This document shows, in pieces, positions 8,441-16,322 of a stretch of 20,122 nt of DNA. The position numbers were made by a program, and so were the translations under genes. A model generated the notes under the pieces. That model saw nothing but the letters and a program-made list of their open reading frames with translations. It did no database searches and had not been told where the DNA came from. Origin of the DNA: Candidatus Brocadiia bacterium (lineage in GTDB: Bacteria > Planctomycetota > Brocadiia > CAIUPP01); NCBI GenBank assembly GCA_050015075.1, contig JBEKCB010000050.1, positions 1-20,122 of the forward strand, in the 5' to 3' direction. Positions within the stretch are counted from its first letter, which is position 1. Every line of letters begins with the position of its first letter.

Positions 8441-8484
8441 CGTTATGACCTCCATCGGCCCGCGCAGCGGGGCTGCGGAGAGTC

Positions 8485-8512
8485 GCCTTCCGAAGCTCCA
8501 GCGAAGGAGGGC
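8485..8512. repeat. Short REP-like palindromic element
   Basis: GCCTTCCGAAGCTCCAGCGAAGGAGGGC resembles, from recall, the widespread intergenic CCGAAGCTTCAGCGAAGGAGGG-type repeat. A related degenerate copy lies at 10169-10193. Confidence 0.5.
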
Positions 8513-8541
8513 AGCGTCATAGGACAGGTTGACCATGAAGT

Positions 8542-10020
8542 GTGTCTGCCTCCTTCAAACCCTCTCCAATCCGAAGAAACGCTATCCGTGAAATGTTGAC
8601 GCCCAAGACAGCGCGGGCTTTCAAACACGTTCTCTGCGTCTATCCCTACCACTGCGACCAGCGGGGCGTCGGGTTCGTTCCGCCGCTGGGTCTTGAGTAC
8701 ATCGCGGCCGTCATCGAGCCATTTGCCCAGAGCCTGGACCTTGTGGACTTGCGCCACGAATCGGGCCACACAGAGGATTTCCTTCGGCCGGAGACGGAGC
8801 TGGTCTGTTTCTCGATCAACTGGGACTGCGATGCAGCGTTCATGCGAAACGAGATTTGCTCAGTGCCGCCCCGGATACTGACTGTCCTGGGCGGCCGGCA
8901 CGCCTCGGAAGACCCGGAACGCTGGCTGACGCTCTGCCCGAATGCGGCCGTGGTCGTTCGCGGCGATGGGGAGGAAATCGTCGAAGAACTGTGCCGGGGC
9001 GTTCCCCTGGAGAAGATTACCGGCATCAGCTTCCGCAAGGACGGCCGGATCGTCCATAACGCCGCGCGAAAGCTCGGCCCGATCCGCGACGATATTATGC
9101 CGCTGCGCCGACGGCGCCGGCAGCCCTATCCGGTGCTCCTCGAAGGCCTGAATTTCGGCGTGGAGGTCGAGTTGATCTCCGGCTCGCGCGGGTGTCCGTT
9201 CAACTGCGCATTCTGCTCGTTCAGCCGGAACCCCTGGGGCGAGAAGCGCCCCTGGTCCGGCCGCTCTCCGGAATCCGTTGTTGAGGAGTTGGCCGCCATC
9301 GCCGCCCCGCTCGTGATATTTGTGGACGACCTCTTCACCTGCGATATGGATCGGGTGGAGCGAATCTGCGACCTGATCCTCGAGCGCGGGATCCGCAGAA
9401 AATACGTCATCAATGCGAGGCTCGAGATCGCCCGCCGCCCGGACGTGCTGCGCAAAATGGAGCGCGCCGGGTTCATCGGCCTGCTGGTCGGCATCGAGTC
9501 CGCGCAGGACAAGACGCTGCACTCGATGCGGAAGGGGTTCGACACCGCCAAAATCCGGGAGTATTGCGCGGTGCTCAAGGACTACCGCATGTCCCTCCTG
9601 GGCTATTTCATCCTGGGGAACATCGGCGAAACCAAGCAGGAGATGCTCCAGATCGGCCCCTTCGCCCGCGAACTCGGGCTGGACGCCGTCATATTCTCAA
9701 TCTTGCAGGCCAGGCCGTACTCGGGTCTGGACGAACTCGTCGCGGCGAACCCCTCTTACCATATCGCGAAGGACGGCAAGGTCTTCTCGGACGAACTCTC
9801 CGTCAAAGAGCTGCGCCAGTTACGAGGCCGCATCAATCGCGAATTCTACAGCGCCGGCCAAGTGCTGAAGATCCTCCGCAAGGGCGTTCGCTACGGAGGG
9901 CTCGCTCTTCTTCCCGGCCTGCTTCTGCGGCTGCCCCTGCTTCTTCTGCGCCTGGGCATGCGCCCATGGCGCCGAGCCAGGAGGCGCGCGGCTGAAAGTT
10001 ACGACATCACCGTGAAATAA
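8542..10020 (+). CDS. B12-binding-domain radical SAM protein (class B methyltransferase-like superfamily)
   Basis: N-terminal cobalamin-binding motifs PPLGLEYIAA, TVLGGRHAS and VVRGDGE. SRGCPFNCAFC supplies the CxxxCxxC cluster motif, followed by RSPESVVEE, FVDDLF, GIES and GYFILG. Start is uncertain (GTG 8542 or ATG 8593). Confidence 0.92.
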   Translation: MSASFKPSPIRRNAIREMLTPKTARAFKHVLCVYPYHCDQRGVGFVPPLGLEYIAAVIEPFAQSLDLVDLRHESGHTEDFLRPETELVCFSINWDCDAAFMRNEICSVPPRILTVLGGRHASEDPERWLTLCPNAAVVVRGDGEEIVEELCRGVPLEKITGISFRKDGRIVHNAARKLGPIRDDIMPLRRRRRQPYPVLLEGLNFGVEVELISGSRGCPFNCAFCSFSRNPWGEKRPWSGRSPESVVEELAAIAAPLVIFVDDLFTCDMDRVERICDLILERGIRRKYVINARLEIARRPDVLRKMERAGFIGLLVGIESAQDKTLHSMRKGFDTAKIREYCAVLKDYRMSLLGYFILGNIGETKQEMLQIGPFARELGLDAVIFSILQARPYSGLDELVAANPSYHIAKDGKVFSDELSVKELRQLRGRINREFYSAGQVLKILRKGVRYGGLALLPGLLLRLPLLLLRLGMRPWRRARRRAAESYDITVK

Positions 10021-10093
10021 CGGAGACGAGTGAAAGCCGCTGCTGCGTCAACTCCGCGCTGCCGCTCAGGACTCTCCCGGCCGGCTTCCGGAC

Positions 10094-10122
10094 TTGCCAA
10101 CGCAGAAATGATATGGCATCAT
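10094..10122 (+). promoter_or_regulatory. Possible sigma70-like promoter
   Basis: TTGCCA (10094-10099), 17-nt spacer ending in TGG (extended -10 TGn), CATCAT (10117-10122). Confidence 0.4.
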
Positions 10123-10168
10123 GCTGTCCGCGTGGAGAGGCCCCTTCCACGGGCTTCTCGACGGAAGG

Positions 10169-10193
10169 CCTGCCGGCGAAGCCTCGGCCGGAG
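10169..10193. repeat. Degenerate REP-like palindromic element
   Basis: CCTGCCGGCGAAGCCTCGGCCGGAG shares the CGAAGC-centred pattern of 8485-8512. Confidence 0.35.
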
Positions 10194-10210
10194 AAAAAGG
10201 AGGGCGTTCC

Positions 10211-10333
10211 TTGTTTCGAAAAGATCTGCTGCTGACCGTGCTGGCCGCCGGGCTGGGCATGGCCTGTATGTGCATGGGCGCGCCGGCGCCCGGCGCCGCA
10301 GGAGTTACGGAAACCACGGGCCTGGCCCGCTGA
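10211..10333 (+). CDS. 40-aa signal-peptide-like small ORF or truncated gene remnant
   Basis: AAGGAGG (10197-10203) lies 7 nt before TTG. The product MFRKDLLLTVLAAGLGMACMCMGAPAPGAAGVTETTGLAR has a basic N-region, a hydrophobic core and a short polar tail. Confidence 0.5.
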   Translation: MFRKDLLLTVLAAGLGMACMCMGAPAPGAAGVTETTGLAR

Positions 10334-10377
10334 CCAGGTGACGGCTTTGCGAACCACAGGAAAAGGCTTGGAAGATC

Positions 10378-12855
10378 ATGGAAACGAAAGACCGTAGAGG
10401 AACAGAGGCTCGTGCCGCGAAGGTTTTGTTTGCCGCGCTGGCGCTGCTGGTAGCGTCGCTGAGCTGCTCCTCTGCGCCGACGCACGCCGCCAGGCAACCC
10501 GAGGCCGGGCCCGTGGCGTCGGCCGACCCGATGGCTGTCCTGATCGCCGGGCTGAAGTCCGACGACCCGGTCGTCCAGGCCGACGCGGCGCGGCTGCTGG
10601 GAGAACTGCGCGCGCGCGAGGCGGTCGGTCCCCTGGTGAACTACGTGTGCACGGACCCGCATTACGCCAAGACGGCCGGCCTGGAGGCGCTGGCCCGGAT
10701 CGGCGATCCGGCGGTCTGTCCGCGCATCCGGCAGTTGATGAGCGACCCTCATGTTCCCAACGATACGCCCTGGTACGGTTACCAGTCGGTCAGAGTCGCG
10801 GCGGCGCTCACGCTGCTTTCCCTGGGAGACGAGGACGGCGCCTTGACTTTGCAGGGGATCATTGACGCGACCGCGAAGGACCGCTCTCCGGAAGACGCGG
10901 CCAAGTGGGCGCTCTACACCTGGTTCGCCCCGGCGGTGCTGGAGTTGCCGGACGGCCTTGAATCCGCGCAGAAGTTGAAGCAGGAGATGACGTTCGAGAG
11001 CCTCTATCCCGCGGAGAAGAAGGACCCGGGCCAGATCGTGGTCATTGCCCGGGCGCTGGGAATGATGAAGACGGAGCAGTCGCTCGGCAAGCTTGTGGAA
11101 CTGCTCAAGTTCCACAGCCGGTACGTGCGCGCGAGCGCGGCCGTGAACCTCCTGGCGGCCTCGCCCACCTCCGAGCACATGGCCGCGGTTACGGAACTGG
11201 CCGAGAAAGACCCAACTGAGTTTGTCCGGGTCAAGGCGTCCCTGGCCCTGGCCCTGGCCGGCGACAACAAGCACCTGGCTACCATTGTCAATGCGGCGGA
11301 GTCGGCCGAGAATGGCCTGGACCGCGCCGCGGCGGTGGAAGCGCTGGGTCTGTTGCATCAGCGTGCCTGTGTGGCGCTGTTGATGAGGCAGCTCCGGCAG
11401 CGGGATCCGTTCGTCAGGCTCACCGCGATACAGGCGCTGGACCGGCTGAACTGCGGCGAGACCGTGGACCTGGCCGTCGGCGCTCGGCGGCAGGACGCGA
11501 ATCCTCGCGTGCGGTTGTATGCCGCAAAATATTTTGCGGCGCGCCGCGGAGCGGTCCAGCGCGCGGTGCAGGAGGACCAGGCATTGAAAGTCGGCGTGGC
11601 CGGCTGCGATATCGCGCCGCCGGAGCCCGCCCTGCTGACGGCCACCGGCATAGGGCATATCCAGCCCACGCGCGGAGTGCTCGACGAGATGTCCGCCCGA
11701 GCGATAGCCTTCCAGGCCGGCGGCAAGCTCGCGTTCGTGGTCATCGGCGACCAGCTCTTCACAAATCGGGACGCACAGGCAACCGTCGGCGAAGCGGTGG
11801 CCAAAGAGACCGGCTGCGATCCGTTGAATGTCCTCATCGCCAGCACGCACGACCACTCCGCCTCGCCGGCCGCGGCCGCCGATTCGGGCGACGCGGGGAA
11901 AAAGGCCCTGGCCGATGCGAGGAAGAAGATCACGGACGGGTATACCCAGGCCTGCCTGGCGGCCTACAGGAACCTGCGGCCGGCCGAAATGGCCGCGGCT
12001 ACCGCGTGGCTCAAGGAACCTGTGGGGATGAACCGGCGAATGCACTTTGCCAACGGCGGAGTCATGCCCGCGTGGGGCGGCGGGATGGCGGTTCCCGGCG
12101 AGAATTTCTACGGCACGGGCCCGGACAACAAGAGAGTTGACATCCTCAGCATCCGGGAGCCGGGCCGGAAGGAGCCTTTCGTCATCCTGACCAGCTACGC
12201 GTCGCATATTCACCTGATCGGCATGCCGTATTTCGGCAGCGAGTTTGCCGGGCGGGCCAGGCTGGAGATCGAATCGCGAGTGCCCGGCGCGACCGGCGTC
12301 TACGCCAACAGCACGGCGGGGAACCTCACGCTCAGGAGCCCCTTGCCCGATCCGCTCAAGCCCGCCGACAGCGAAGAGGCGCTCCAATGGTACAAGGAAA
12401 CGATGACGATTCTGAGCAAGCGCTTTGCCGACGCCGTGGTCTCGGCGATTCCCGCGGACGGCTACCGGCGGCCCGAGGCGTTCGGACATGACACGGACGT
12501 GGCTGCGGCGGGCGAAAGGCGTACACCGAGCGTCAACGCCCTGACCTTCGACGACATCGCCCTGGTGGTCATTCCGGGCGAGATGTTCAACAACTTCGGC
12601 GAGATGATGCACGCGCAGAGCCCGCTGGAGCATCTGCTGCTGGTCGGCTACGGCGGAGGCGGCGGAGGCTACATCCCGCCGGTCGTAGGATACGAGGAGG
12701 GCGGCTACGAGACGCGTGGAGCGATCGCCCAGGGGACGCGCGGGCTGGATATCGCCCGGAAGGTGACCGAGATCCTCGACCGGCTCGTCACGCTGGCGAA
12801 TGAAAGGGATGTACAGCAGAAAACTGCCGCGGGACAAACCGCCGGCGTGAACTGA
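10378..12855 (+). CDS. Exported fusion: HEAT (PBS-lyase-like) repeats plus neutral/alkaline ceramidase-like metallo-amidohydrolase domain
   Basis: Signal peptide with a Cys (LVASLSC). About aa 50-390 are HEAT repeats (DDPVVQADAARLLGEL, SRYVRASAAVNL, EFVRVKASLAL, DPFVRLTAIQAL, NPRVRLYAA). From aa 403 come ceramidase-family motifs LKVGVA..DIAP, D.MSARAIAF, ASTHDHSA, MNRR, GPD, YASH, IPGEMF and GYIP...YEEGGYE. Confidence 0.85.
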   Translation: METKDRRGTEARAAKVLFAALALLVASLSCSSAPTHAARQPEAGPVASADPMAVLIAGLKSDDPVVQADAARLLGELRAREAVGPLVNYVCTDPHYAKTAGLEALARIGDPAVCPRIRQLMSDPHVPNDTPWYGYQSVRVAAALTLLSLGDEDGALTLQGIIDATAKDRSPEDAAKWALYTWFAPAVLELPDGLESAQKLKQEMTFESLYPAEKKDPGQIVVIARALGMMKTEQSLGKLVELLKFHSRYVRASAAVNLLAASPTSEHMAAVTELAEKDPTEFVRVKASLALALAGDNKHLATIVNAAESAENGLDRAAAVEALGLLHQRACVALLMRQLRQRDPFVRLTAIQALDRLNCGETVDLAVGARRQDANPRVRLYAAKYFAARRGAVQRAVQEDQALKVGVAGCDIAPPEPALLTATGIGHIQPTRGVLDEMSARAIAFQAGGKLAFVVIGDQLFTNRDAQATVGEAVAKETGCDPLNVLIASTHDHSASPAAAADSGDAGKKALADARKKITDGYTQACLAAYRNLRPAEMAAATAWLKEPVGMNRRMHFANGGVMPAWGGGMAVPGENFYGTGPDNKRVDILSIREPGRKEPFVILTSYASHIHLIGMPYFGSEFAGRARLEIESRVPGATGVYANSTAGNLTLRSPLPDPLKPADSEEALQWYKETMTILSKRFADAVVSAIPADGYRRPEAFGHDTDVAAAGERRTPSVNALTFDDIALVVIPGEMFNNFGEMMHAQSPLEHLLLVGYGGGGGGYIPPVVGYEEGGYETRGAIAQGTRGLDIARKVTEILDRLVTLANERDVQQKTAAGQTAGVN
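11521..11540. repeat. Perfect 20-bp intragenic palindrome GCCGCAAAATATTTTGCGGC
   Basis: Read directly; the sequence is its own reverse complement. Confidence 0.9.
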
Positions 12856-12863
12856 ATGTTCTG

Positions 12864-12892
12864 TTGCATTTTGCGGGGAGCAGGTATACGTT
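12864..12892 (+). promoter_or_regulatory. Possible sigma70-like promoter for lyase paralogue 2
   Basis: TTGCAT (12864-12869), 17-nt spacer, TACGTT (12887-12892). Confidence 0.4.
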
Positions 12893-12947
12893 AATCGCCA
12901 GGCTCACGGTGAGCCTGCGCGGTTACATTCCTAAGGAGAAGGCCTTC

Positions 12948-15254
12948 ATGAAGCGAATCATTTCTGTCGTGGCCGTAGCGGCGGTCGTGCTGTCGGGCAT
13001 GGCGGCTATGGCGGCGGCCGAGGAACCGACGGCGCTGCCGGGAACTTTCAACATTCCCTTCAAGCACGACCTGCTGGGCGCGCATCCCCGGCTGCTCTAC
13101 AGCAAGGAAGATATGGCCCGCTGGGCAAAGGCCGGCCAGGACGACGAGAAATTCATCTGGGACGCCGGCAACGACTATTTCAAGGTGTGCGCTTCACCCA
13201 TCCCGACCGCCGGCGAGCCGTGGAACCAGATTGATACAGACAACTGGCAGCGGCTGGGCTGGTGGCGCGGCGTGACCACGCTCCTGCTCTACGCCAGGAC
13301 CGGCAACCAGGTCTATGCCCGCAACGCCATTGACCTGATGATGGCCATCTGCAAGAGCGAGCACTGGGAACTCGGCAGCGAACAGGACTATGGCATGGGC
13401 ACCGGCCACCTGATGGCCACCGTGGCGCTGATCTATGATACCACCTATGACCTGCTGACCGACGCGCAGCGGCAGATCGTCCGCCACCGGCTCTGGCTGG
13501 CCGCGGACCGGATGTACAATTACGGGTTCAACGAGTTCAGGAAAATCCCCAATGCGTCGGTCCGCTATTGGGAGCAGGACCCGCAGAACAACCACCGCTG
13601 GCACCGGCTTTGCGGCTACATGCTGGCCTGCCTGGCCATCTACGGCGAAGAGCCGGGCATTGACGGCTACCTCGACAGCGCCATCAAGGAAGCCAAGTTC
13701 ATCGAGAAGTGGCTGCCCGACGACGGCTCCAACCACGAGGGAGTCGGCTACACGGCCTTCGGAATGCAGTTCCTCGTGCCGGCCTTCGCGGCCATGGACC
13801 GCTGCCTGGGCACGGAAACCCTCAAGGACCCGGGCTTCCACGAGGCCCCGTACTTCAGGGCGCACATGATCACGCCCGACGGCCAGCACATGTGGAATTT
13901 CGGCGACGGCGACTGGGGCACTTACTACTTCGCCCACTACAATTTCAAGCTGGCCGCGGAGTGGCGCGACCCGATGGCCCAGGCGCTGCACCTGCGCAAC
14001 TTCCAGCTCTCGCCCGAGAGCTACATCTACCACGGCTGGACGCTGCTCTGGTACGATCCGTCGCTCAAGCCGGGCAATCTGGCGCTGCTGCCGACTTGGC
14101 ACTATTTCCCGGACCTCGACATCGTCGCCTTCCGCCAGAGCTGGACCGACCCGAACGCCCTGGCGACCTTTCTCAAGTGCGGCAACTACGGCGGGAAGGA
14201 GATGAACAAGTACGCCGAGTCGTTCACGCCGGTGCACTACGTCAACGTGGCCCACGATTACCCGGACGCCAACGACTTCCTCTTCGCCTGGCGCGGGCAC
14301 ATCTTCGCCACCAATACCGGCGGCAAGCAGACGCGGGGATTCAATACGATCCTGGTCAACGGCAAGGGCCAAGACGGCGAAGGAGAAGGCTACACGCAGC
14401 CGGTCCCGAACATGGGCCAGCGGGCCCGCATTGAGCAGTGCTTCGGCGCTCCCGGCTTCGGCCTGGTCCGCGGCGAGGCCGGCGGGTTCTATCCCGACCT
14501 CTCGAAATTCACCCGCACCTTCATCTATGTGGATAACGCCTATCTCGTCGTGGCGGACGACGTCAAGGCCCGTAAACCGGCGGCCATTGACTGGCTCTAC
14601 CACAGCGACGGCCAGTGGACCGAGGCCGGCAAGCTCTCGTGGCTGATCGCCCAGGGCCAGGACAAGGTTCGCCTGTCGCTGGCGGCCGCTCCCGCGGAGT
14701 TGAAGGCCAAGGTGGCGGCGGGCACGCAGGGCCGGCGGGGCGGCGGCAGCGTCCTGACGGCTTCGTACCAGGGCGACCGCCTGCGGCTGGTGGCGGTCAT
14801 GGCGCCGCAATCCGCCGCGCCGGCGGAGATCGTGGACTGCCAGGAGACCGACGCGGGCTTCGTGCTGAAGATCAAACGCGGGGACCTGATTGACCTGGTG
14901 GCCGTCGGCCCGACGCCGAAGGGCGAGGACGGGATCAAGACCGACGCCGAGGCGGCGGTGGTCACCTTGAAGGACGGCAAGGCGGTGAAGGCGATGATCG
15001 TGGCCGGCAAGAGCCTGGCGGTCGGCGACGCGAGGCTGCTTTTCGACAAACCGTCCAACGCCCTGGCCGACGCGGCCGGCGGCAAGCTGACGCTGAGCGC
15101 GCCGCTCGGCCAGAAGGCCGGCGCGGTGCGTTGCGACGCGAGCGGACTGGCCATCCAGTCGGTCAACGGCCAGCCGGTTGCGGCCGGCGCCGCGGAGTTC
15201 CAGGCTACCGCGCTGGGCTGGAAGGAGCTTCAGGACAAGCTGCTGGATTATTGA
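12948..15254 (+). CDS. Secreted DUF4962 / heparinase II/III-family polysaccharide-lyase-like protein (paralogue 2)
   Basis: TAAGGAG precedes ATG 12948. Signal peptide MKRIISVVAVAAVVLSGMAAMAAA-EE. Motifs HPRLLY, YDTTYD, QNNHRW, DGSNHEGVGY, NFGD, LLWYDP, FRQSW, HDYPDANDF, NTILVNGKGQ, and FTR......YLVVADD...WLYH. Confidence 0.85.
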   Translation: MKRIISVVAVAAVVLSGMAAMAAAEEPTALPGTFNIPFKHDLLGAHPRLLYSKEDMARWAKAGQDDEKFIWDAGNDYFKVCASPIPTAGEPWNQIDTDNWQRLGWWRGVTTLLLYARTGNQVYARNAIDLMMAICKSEHWELGSEQDYGMGTGHLMATVALIYDTTYDLLTDAQRQIVRHRLWLAADRMYNYGFNEFRKIPNASVRYWEQDPQNNHRWHRLCGYMLACLAIYGEEPGIDGYLDSAIKEAKFIEKWLPDDGSNHEGVGYTAFGMQFLVPAFAAMDRCLGTETLKDPGFHEAPYFRAHMITPDGQHMWNFGDGDWGTYYFAHYNFKLAAEWRDPMAQALHLRNFQLSPESYIYHGWTLLWYDPSLKPGNLALLPTWHYFPDLDIVAFRQSWTDPNALATFLKCGNYGGKEMNKYAESFTPVHYVNVAHDYPDANDFLFAWRGHIFATNTGGKQTRGFNTILVNGKGQDGEGEGYTQPVPNMGQRARIEQCFGAPGFGLVRGEAGGFYPDLSKFTRTFIYVDNAYLVVADDVKARKPAAIDWLYHSDGQWTEAGKLSWLIAQGQDKVRLSLAAAPAELKAKVAAGTQGRRGGGSVLTASYQGDRLRLVAVMAPQSAAPAEIVDCQETDAGFVLKIKRGDLIDLVAVGPTPKGEDGIKTDAEAAVVTLKDGKAVKAMIVAGKSLAVGDARLLFDKPSNALADAAGGKLTLSAPLGQKAGAVRCDASGLAIQSVNGQPVAAGAAEFQATALGWKELQDKLLDY

Positions 15255-15298
15255 CCGGGCTGCGGAGAGGGCCTCATCGGCTTGGTTGAGATGGCCAT

Positions 15299-16207
15299 CT
15301 ACCTGCCAACGTTCACCTTGGCCAAGTAGATGGCCGTCTTCTCTTCGTGGGAAGAGTAGTAGCTGACCCACAGCAGCCCGCTGTGCAGGACGAGGCCGGC
15401 GTAGCTCGTGTCGCCGCCGGACGGCAGCTTGAGGCACTCACTGAGCTTGCCCGCCTTCGGTTCGATCCAGCAAAGCGAGGTGCGCGGGCCGCCGTCATAG
15501 AGGCGCACCGCGGCCACGAGGCGGCCGTCGGGCAGGCGGAGCATGTGCGGCCCGCCGATGTGCACGCCCAGGTCGGCCCACTCCCACTTCGTGTACGGCG
15601 GCTGCGAGACGCCGAGCAAAGCGCTGTTCGAGCCGCCGTCGCGCCGCAGCAGGCAGCAGGCGGTGTCGCCATCGAATACGAGCGACGTTTCGCTGGGCTC
15701 CCCGGCGACCGGCAGGCGGTCCACGATCGTATCAAACTTCTTCCCGTCGCCGCTGGCGTAGAGCCGGAGCGAACTATCCTTGCCGCAGCCGTACCCGATG
15801 CCGTACGCCTTTCCCTTGTGCCACGTGACTCGCCAGAGCCATACGTCCGGGTCGCCGATCTCGTGTTTATCGCTCCAGGCGCGCCCATCCTTCGAGAACC
15901 AGGCCAGCGATTGGTGCGTCCGCTTCGACTCGTCAAGCCGCACCTCGGCCCCGCAGAGCATCAGCCGGCCGTCCGGCGTGACGGTGATCTTCGCGTCGCG
16001 CAGGTCGGAATTCGGCGACGCGATCAGGGCGGCCGGCTCCCACTTCTCGCCGTCGAGCGACGTGATCACTCGCAGCGCTCCATCCGGGGAAACATGGGTT
16101 TTCCCCTCGCGGAACGCGCAGAACCAGCGGCTCTGAAAGCGGACCAGGTCGGTGAATGCATTATGCGGGGCCCGGTCCCAAATCCTTCGCGCCTCGACGA
16201 GTTCCAT
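15299..16207 (-). CDS. Asp-box (BNR) beta-propeller, exo-alpha-sialidase-like protein
   Basis: Asp-boxes SLDGEKW, SKDGRAW and SGDGKKF, plus HNAFTDL..F, FREG..H, DLRD, WLWR, SET, GGP and GGDTSYAG..VSYYSSH. Start placed at ATG 16207 (AAGGA upstream); ATG 16243 is an alternative. No signal peptide is visible. Confidence 0.8.
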   Translation of the reverse strand: MELVEARRIWDRAPHNAFTDLVRFQSRWFCAFREGKTHVSPDGALRVITSLDGEKWEPAALIASPNSDLRDAKITVTPDGRLMLCGAEVRLDESKRTHQSLAWFSKDGRAWSDKHEIGDPDVWLWRVTWHKGKAYGIGYGCGKDSSLRLYASGDGKKFDTIVDRLPVAGEPSETSLVFDGDTACCLLRRDGGSNSALLGVSQPPYTKWEWADLGVHIGGPHMLRLPDGRLVAAVRLYDGGPRTSLCWIEPKAGKLSECLKLPSGGDTSYAGLVLHSGLLWVSYYSSHEEKTAIYLAKVNVGR

Positions 16208-16253
16208 CGTCTCATCCTTTCCCTGCGCGCACCGGTCAGCCATGGAATATCAT

Positions 16254-16282
16254 ATTCTGGCGACTCAGGCCGCCCCCGTCAA
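16254..16282 (-). promoter_or_regulatory. sigma70-like promoter for the BNR gene
   Basis: On the - strand: TTGACG (16282-16277), 17-nt spacer, CAGAAT (16259-16254). Confidence 0.6.
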
Positions 16283-16322
16283 CGGATTCTTCCGCTCGAC
16301 CCCTCGCAGCCCAAAAATCTAC

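Noticed and set aside
9901-9960. CTGCTTCTGCGG / CTGCTTCTTCTGCGC short repeat
   Set aside because: It encodes the Leu-rich tail of the radical SAM protein and is too short and imperfect to be a phase-variation tract.
15255-15298. Gap between convergent lyase 2 and BNR genes as a terminator
   Set aside because: Only a weak, bulged stem with no U-tract on either strand.
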